52,439 nt of DNA. Origin: an uncultured Bacteroidaceae bacterium. Its GTDB lineage: Bacteria > Bacteroidota > Bacteroidia > Bacteroidales > P3. Location: NCBI GenBank assembly GCA_964451895.1, contig CAYVJX010000001.1:7802-60240 (forward strand). The letters are read 5' to 3'. This document shows, piece after piece, positions 47,942-52,439 of the stretch (the stretch's first letter is position 1; every line of letters begins with the position of its first letter). A model generated the notes under the pieces. That model had not been told where the DNA came from, made no database searches, and saw nothing but the letters and a program-made list of their open reading frames with translations. The translations under genes and the position numbers were made by a program.

Positions 47942-48520
47942 TCACTTTTGTTTAAAAAGTTTATTCACGTCTCTTTCCAACGTTTTACTTCCATAAATCG
48001 GAAGGATCTCCTTTATCTTTTTGTAGGAAAGGATGTGGGTGTTATCAAACTCTCTTTGCTTATTCAGGTACATAAGGTCGAGCAAGGCACGCTCGGGCGT
48101 GGCAATACTGTAACCATCCTTTTGAACAATCCCTGCATCTTGACACAAAATCGAGCCTTTTATTTTGCGATAGCGGAATGTATTTCCGTCCACCTCTACA
48201 TCTCGCGACAGGTAACTGACGGCCGTAATGGAGGAATCATATTGAAAGACCACACCAACGCGTTGCAACACATATTCCAAGGAAATGTAAGAGGGGCGGT
48301 ACAGGCGATTGCACAGTTCCTCAACACGATAACCAGGTTTGGCATAAATACCGCGGCGAGGATTCAAAAGCCGCCCTCTCTGCACTTGATAATTCAAACG
48401 TTTTACGAGTACCGACATGTTTTCCTTAAAATCGGTAAGCATTGCCACCATAGGCAAAGTAAATACCGTATAATAAGAACTATAGATAACAAGCAATTCG
48501 TTGCATCGTGAACTATACAT
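47942..48520 (-). CDS. abiEi: AbiEi-family antitoxin / transcriptional regulator, 192 aa
   Basis: Listed ORF with an ATG start. RRGIYAKPGY and RPSYISLEYVLQRVGV match the AbiEi pattern (RG.Y..., SYISLE.AL...G) as I recall it. Gene order and tight coupling with AbiEii support the call. Confidence 0.75.
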   Translation of the reverse strand: MYSSRCNELLVIYSSYYTVFTLPMVAMLTDFKENMSVLVKRLNYQVQRGRLLNPRRGIYAKPGYRVEELCNRLYRPSYISLEYVLQRVGVVFQYDSSITAVSYLSRDVEVDGNTFRYRKIKGSILCQDAGIVQKDGYSIATPERALLDLMYLNKQREFDNTHILSYKKIKEILPIYGSKTLERDVNKLFKQK

Positions 48521-48545
48521 ACCAACAAATAGGATTTTCAGTTCA

Positions 48546-48553
48546 CAAAGTTA
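48546..48553 (-). promoter_or_regulatory. Candidate -7 promoter box (TAACTTTG on the minus strand) for the abiEi-abiEii operon
   Basis: Plus-strand caaagtta at 48546-48553 is an exact TAnnTTTG on the minus strand, 25 nt upstream of the ATG at 48520. Confidence 0.4.
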
Positions 48554-48596
48554 CAATAAATCCTTACAAATAAAACATCATCTGAGCCACCACTTC

Positions 48597-48722
48597 AAAG
48601 CGCAGCCCGCAACCCGGCTTCAAGCCAGATATCCATATCTACGGGATAATCCCATTCGGCATTGTATTCGGAAGCGCGTTTATGACCTAAGATGTTGCGG
48701 TGGGGGTAAATCAAATAAGTTC
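48597..48722 (-). repeat. Remnant copy 2 of the serine-hydrolase 3' end (direct repeat, att-like)
   Basis: The minus strand translates to YPHRNILGHKRASEYNAEWDYPVDMDIWLEAGLRAAL*. About 79 nt (48609-48687) align almost base for base with 49965-50043. Confidence 0.8.
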
Positions 48723-48735
48723 GCTATTTTTGCAT

Positions 48736-49936
48736 ATGGCATTACCTGTCAATATAGAGGAATTGCTTTCCAAGCATAAAGTCGAATCCAGCCGAATAGA
48801 ATTTAAGCGCGGATGGAATCCGGAAGGGATTTATCGATCCATTTGCGCTTTTGCCAATGATTTCGATAACCTCGGTGGAGGATACATTCTGGTTGGCGTA
48901 GAGGAAGAACATGGTATTGCAAAACGTCCGGTAAAGGGACTGGATTTGGCGCATATAGATGGCATCCTTAAGGATATGGTCGGGTACAACAACAAGATTT
49001 ATCCATATTACCTGCCCCGCACCGAAATAGCGGAAATCGACCATCAAAAGATCTTGGTAATATGGGTTCCTTCCGGAGTTAACCGCCCTTACAGTGTGGC
49101 GGAAAATGTTCTATCTCCCAAAAGTGTATCCAAATACTATATCCGTTCCGGAAGCACCACTATCGAAGCCAAGGGAGAAGTCCTTGAGGAACTACGGGAT
49201 TCAGTTTCCCGTACCCCTTTCGATGAACGGGGAAATCCGGACATAAAAATCGAAGACATTCGTCATTCGGGAACACATCATTAAGCCTAATGACCGAGCG
49301 GAATCCGTACGCGTGTTCAACTATCCTTATCAAGCTCTTGAGGAAAGCATCGTAAATGCTTTGTATCATCGGGATTATATGGAGCGTGAACCAGTAGAGA
49401 TAACCATTGAACCGAACTTGATAAGCATTCTCAGTTTTGCCGGACCGGATCGCTCCATCAGCATGGAAGCCATCCAACAAGCCCGCCGATTGAAATCCCG
49501 TAGATACCGAAACCGGAGACTGGGTGATTTCTTAAAGGAATTGAATTTTACCGAGGGACGTTCTACCGGTATTCCTACTATTCAAGACTCGCTTGAAAAA
49601 AACGGATCCGCTCCGGCAAGAATCATCACCGATGAAGACAGAACCTCTTTTCTGATGGAAATACCCTGCCGCAACGGGGAAGAAGGAGTTCCAGCCATAG
49701 AGAATCTTGCAAATGAGCAAATAAATGAGCAAATAAACTTATCTGACCAACAAAAGGTTATCTTAAGGATGATTGCCGACAACCCTTCGATTTCTTTTGC
49801 AAAAATCGCTGCAGTATTGAATGTAAAGCCAAGTCTTATACGTTCCCAGTGCAAAGCCATGGAAAAACATGTCGTACTTAAACGCAATGGTTCCAAGAAA
49901 ACCGGAACATGGCAGATTCTATTCGTGAAACAGTAA
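48736..49936 (+). pseudogene. AlbA_2 (Schlafen-like) plus RecG-like HATPase_c_4 / wHTH ATP-binding regulator gene, disrupted by an internal out-of-frame deletion
   Basis: First ORF, from ATG 48736: MALPVNIEELLSKHKVESSRIEFKRGWNPEGIYRSICAFANDFDNLGGGYILVGV, an AlbA_2 pattern, ending at the stop at 49282-49284. The +1 frame is open from 49247 and reads ...IKPNDRAESVRVFNYPYQALEESIVNALYHRDY, the start of the HATPase_c_4-like half. The listed second ORF begins only at a GTG (49313). As I recall intact homologs, about 100 aa separate these two points. Confidence 0.55.
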
Positions 49937-49950
49937 CTGCCCCCTCTTTC

Positions 49951-51126
49951 TTAACGCGCAACGCGCAACCCGGCTTCAAGCCAGATATCCATATCTACGG
50001 GATAATCCCATTCGGCGTTGTATTCGGAGGCACGTTTATGACCCAGGCGCACAATAACGGTGTTCAGGTCGGGAATCACGATAATATATTGCCCCAAGAT
50101 GCCGCGGAAATATTTTACGGGGTGGCCTTGGTATTCCATAAGCCAGAACTGGTAGCCGTACATTGTGCAGGGGGCTTCCTGGCCGTTGGGAAGAATGGCC
50201 TTGAGATAGGTGGCGGGGGTGGTTGCCTGAGTTATATAGGCCGAATCCACCACGCTGAGGCGGCCTTGGGGTGTGTTCCAATAGCCGTTTTGCAACACTA
50301 ACTGCCCCAAGCGCGCAAAGTCGCGGGCGTTGCTGTTAAAGCAGCAGTAGGCTTTTTCCATACCGTCTTGGCGGTCAAGGCTCCAAAGAGCGTCTTCTTC
50401 GGCTTGGATGGGAGTCCAGATCTTTTCGGAGGCGTAATCGGCTATGTGCTTGCCGGTGGCTTTCTTGAGCAGGAACGCCAGAATCTGCGTAACGCCGCTC
50501 TGGTAGTTGAAATACTCGCCCGGTGTGGACTCCAGCACTTCCCGCCGGGTCAGGCTCCATAAATCTCTGCCGTAATAGGCTTCGGTGGTGGTGGAAAAAA
50601 GCGAGGTGGAGCTTTCGTCCCACTTCACACCGGCGCTCATGGTAAGCAAATCCTTGATGGTAAGCGGTTTTCCGTTAAACGAGCCCCATTCTGGCAGGAA
50701 ATCGGAAACGGGCTGGTCAACGCTTTTGATATAACCGTCGGTTATGGCACAGCCCACCAGCAGGGAAACGATGCTTTTGGCCATCGAGAACGAGTTGCTG
50801 TGCGAATGGGGACCATATCCATCCCAATACTGTTCGGTAACGATGATGCCGTCTTTCAGCACCAAGAAAGCCACCGTGCCGTAACGGGCAAATTCTTCTT
50901 CCAAACCGCTGTCGGACTTGCGCTCGGCCACGCCCGGCGCAAAGGGCATCGGTGCGGGATTGCCGGCCTTTACCACCCGGTTATCGAAAATGGGGTATTG
51001 GTCTATCTTGGGATAGGTATGCCATAAGGCCCGATGCACATAATAGTTGCCCGGAAACACCAGCACCGCCACACATCCGAGCACAAGCAAGAACAGGAGT
51101 ATCAGGATTGTTTTCTTTAGGTTCAT
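49951..51126 (-). CDS. Membrane-anchored serine hydrolase, beta-lactamase/PBP4* family (391 aa)
   Basis: Listed ORF with an ATG start. N-terminal anchor MNLKKTILILLFLLVLGCVAVLVF. S-x-x-K active-site motif in NSFSMAKSIVSLLVG. Confidence 0.85.
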   Translation of the reverse strand: MNLKKTILILLFLLVLGCVAVLVFPGNYYVHRALWHTYPKIDQYPIFDNRVVKAGNPAPMPFAPGVAERKSDSGLEEEFARYGTVAFLVLKDGIIVTEQYWDGYGPHSHSNSFSMAKSIVSLLVGCAITDGYIKSVDQPVSDFLPEWGSFNGKPLTIKDLLTMSAGVKWDESSTSLFSTTTEAYYGRDLWSLTRREVLESTPGEYFNYQSGVTQILAFLLKKATGKHIADYASEKIWTPIQAEEDALWSLDRQDGMEKAYCCFNSNARDFARLGQLVLQNGYWNTPQGRLSVVDSAYITQATTPATYLKAILPNGQEAPCTMYGYQFWLMEYQGHPVKYFRGILGQYIIVIPDLNTVIVRLGHKRASEYNAEWDYPVDMDIWLEAGLRVAR

Positions 51127-51151
51127 TAGAAACTATCGTAAGGGTATATAA

Positions 51152-51418
51152 CTAATCGTAATGTCCATACGCCGACAGAACCAACACCTTGATTTCTTTG
51201 TCATTAACTTCATAAACAAGGCGATGTTTCTGACTTATTCTTCGAGACCATGTGGGAGTGTCAAAACCTTTCAGTTGCTCTGGATGCCCTGTTCCGGTGG
51301 TCGGGTGTTCAGAAAGCTCTTCCAGCAGTTTCATCGCTTTTTTGTAATGAGCCGGTTCAGACTTTCTGATTTTGATTAGGCCTTCCAAGGCTTTTATGGT
51401 ATAATCAACCTTGTACAT
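51152..51418 (-). CDS. yoeB: Txe/YoeB-family type II toxin (88 aa from ATG 51418)
   Basis: MYKVDYT...HPTTGTGHPEQLKGFDTPTWSRRISQKHRLVYEVNDKEIKVLVLSAYGHYD matches the YoeB pattern (G.G.PE.L ... SRRI...HRLVY ... GHY). The listed ORF start at 51427 is a TTG. The ATG at 51418 overlaps the antitoxin stop by 14 nt. Confidence 0.85.
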   Translation of the reverse strand: MYKVDYTIKALEGLIKIRKSEPAHYKKAMKLLEELSEHPTTGTGHPEQLKGFDTPTWSRRISQKHRLVYEVNDKEIKVLVLSAYGHYD

Positions 51419-51683
51419 GACCTTCAATAATCATACGGTCTAAAAACTCATCAAAAGATTCTTCAGGTTTTTTGGAATACACCAAACCCTGCGCTGCCTG
51501 TTCTTTAGCACGCCTTATCTTGGCATAAAACTCCTCTTTGGTCATCAAGGTATCGTCTTTCTCAACCTTCGATATCTTAAAGGCATCTTTCTTGCGCGTG
51601 ATAAGCAACTCGATACCCTGTGCCACCTGGTCTAAGTAATGGCGTTGGTTGGTTCGGAACTCCCGGGAACTGATTGCAAGCAT
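51405..51683 (-). CDS. Phd/YefM-like antitoxin (92 aa from ATG 51683)
   Basis: MLAISSREFRTNQRHYLDQVAQGIELLITRKKD resembles a Phd/YefM N-terminus. It overlaps the toxin start. A TAnnTTTG box lies inside the longer listed ORF, which favours the downstream ATG. Confidence 0.7.
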   Translation of the reverse strand: MLAISSREFRTNQRHYLDQVAQGIELLITRKKDAFKISKVEKDDTLMTKEEFYAKIRRAKEQAAQGLVYSKKPEESFDEFLDRMIIEGHVQG

Positions 51684-51704
51684 ATCATTATGATTTTGAT
51701 GATT

Positions 51705-51712
51705 CAAAGGTA
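51705..51712 (-). promoter_or_regulatory. Candidate -7 promoter box (TACCTTTG on the minus strand) for the antitoxin-yoeB operon
   Basis: Plus-strand caaaggta at 51705-51712 is an exact TAnnTTTG on the minus strand, 21 nt upstream of the ATG at 51683. Confidence 0.45.
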
Positions 51713-51728
51713 CAGAAAAAAACATAAT

Positions 51729-51743
51729 GTACCAAAATGGTAC
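51729..51743. promoter_or_regulatory. Perfect 6-3-6 palindrome GTACCA-AAA-TGGTAC, candidate antitoxin operator
   Basis: Read directly at 51729-51743. It sits 17 nt upstream of the -7 box, over the expected -33 region of the TA operon promoter. Confidence 0.35.
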
Positions 51744-51787
51744 ACACTAATCCAGTTATATCAAAACGATTCTCTTGTATTTCACGG

Positions 51788-52099
51788 CTAACTTATTGTA
51801 AGGCTTACTTGTCTTCCAAGTCCCTCAAATATACGGAAGAGCGTACTTAACTGTACATCGGCTTTGCCATTTTCCAAACGGGATATATAGGTTTTTTGTG
51901 TACCGATCTTTTCGGCAAGCTGTTCTTGAGTAAGCCCTGCCCGATGACGTTCTTCTTTTAATGTCTGCGCAAGACAAAAAGCCCGTGTTTCTTCGTCAAA
52001 TTTATCACGAGAACGCGTACCTTTTACGCCATATTCAACATCAAGAAGTTCTTCAAGGTTGTTGCAAGCCAACAACTTTTCTCTTTTATCTTTTTTCAT
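51788..52099 (-). CDS. XRE-family HTH antitoxin, HigA-like (103 aa from ATG 52099)
   Basis: The HTH segment GLTQEQLAEKIGTQKTYISRLENGKADVQLSTLFRIFEGLG is typical of XRE/Cro-C1 proteins. The listed start at 52114 is a TTG. The ATG at 52099 lies 1 nt after the toxin stop codon (52101-52103). Confidence 0.8.
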   Translation of the reverse strand: MKKDKREKLLACNNLEELLDVEYGVKGTRSRDKFDEETRAFCLAQTLKEERHRAGLTQEQLAEKIGTQKTYISRLENGKADVQLSTLFRIFEGLGRQVSLTIS

Positions 52100-52100
52100 C

Positions 52101-52409
52101 TTATTTGGTATCAAAATATTCTTTCATTAACCTTTCGGCTTTCTCTATTTCTTTTTGCGGTGTCTTTTGTGTTTTCTTTTGAAAAGCATTAAACAACACT
52201 ACAATCTTACCTTTATCAAAACAACAAAATATGCGGAAGATATTGCTTCCCACCTCCACCCGGATTTCAAACAAGCCTTTAACGCTCTCTATGCTACGAA
52301 AGATAGATAAAGGCAATCGGTCAACTTCTTGTATCCAAACAAGTGTCTGTGCTATCTTTTTTCGCACTTGTGCTGTTTGGAAATGCGGCACGTTCCAAGA
52401 GAACCACAC
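52101..52409 (-). CDS. RelE/ParE-superfamily toxin, HigB / phage Gp49-like (102 aa, GTG start)
   Basis: LFEIRVEVGSNIFRIFCCFDKGKIVVLFNAFQKKTQKTPQKEIEKAERLMKEY matches the Gp49-like HigB pattern (l.ElR ... riff ... ivl...f.KKtqktP..ei..A). The toxin-first gene order is typical of HigBA. The start is a GTG at 52409, bounded by an in-frame TAG at 52413-52415. Confidence 0.75.
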   Translation of the reverse strand: MWFSWNVPHFQTAQVRKKIAQTLVWIQEVDRLPLSIFRSIESVKGLFEIRVEVGSNIFRIFCCFDKGKIVVLFNAFQKKTQKTPQKEIEKAERLMKEYFDTK

Positions 52410-52439
52410 TTTCTACGTGGTCTGTAAACGGAAACATAT

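Noticed and set aside
48700-48735. The listed start at 48700 for the AlbA_2 ORF
   Set aside because: The first 12 codons fall inside hydrolase remnant copy 2. MALPVNIEELL from ATG 48736 matches how AlbA_2 proteins typically begin.
51684-51725. ATG 51725 as the antitoxin start (MFFSVPLNHQNHND...)
   Set aside because: An exact TAnnTTTG promoter box lies inside this extension. The Phd/YefM-like sequence begins at MLAISSREF (ATG 51683).

Overview
About three quarters of this window (1-39,779) is one uninterrupted minus-strand reading frame of 13,259 codons. It starts at a TTG (39,779) with a signal-peptide-like N-terminus and runs off the left edge without a stop. It is missing from the supplied ORF track, which appears to list only ORFs closed by a stop inside the window. 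The 27 long plus-strand ORFs listed across this span are its same-register antisense shadows. Hand translation gives a modular SprB-like / Ig-PKD-repeat surface protein with motifs GGxxPYxYxW, YxWYxNG, SxDxGxTW and YSIDGGxTW...GxYxVxVK..GC. It has a 13-unit 21-aa GGIGDGH array just after the signal peptide and four paralogous ~3.1-kb cassettes, two of them nested in ~8.6-kb super-units. It also has five copies of an unassigned aromatic beta-sandwich-like module and a Cys/Lys/Pro-rich tandem array at the window edge. Directly upstream on the same strand are two paralogous secreted FGE/SUMF1-fold proteins (GldJ/GldK-like, catalytic Cys pair not evident). The second one ends 10 nt before the giant ORF starts, so a three-gene operon is likely. 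The right-hand ~9 kb is an accessory patch. It holds two small exported proteins, an AT-rich orphan 592-aa gene, an AbiEi/AbiEii pair and a disrupted AlbA_2/RecG-like gene. It also holds a serine hydrolase whose 3' end occurs three times, bracketing those cassettes, plus two more type II toxin-antitoxin pairs. TAnnTTTG promoter boxes and the gene content suggest a Bacteroidota genome; no rRNA, tRNA, CRISPR array, transposase or integrase was seen.
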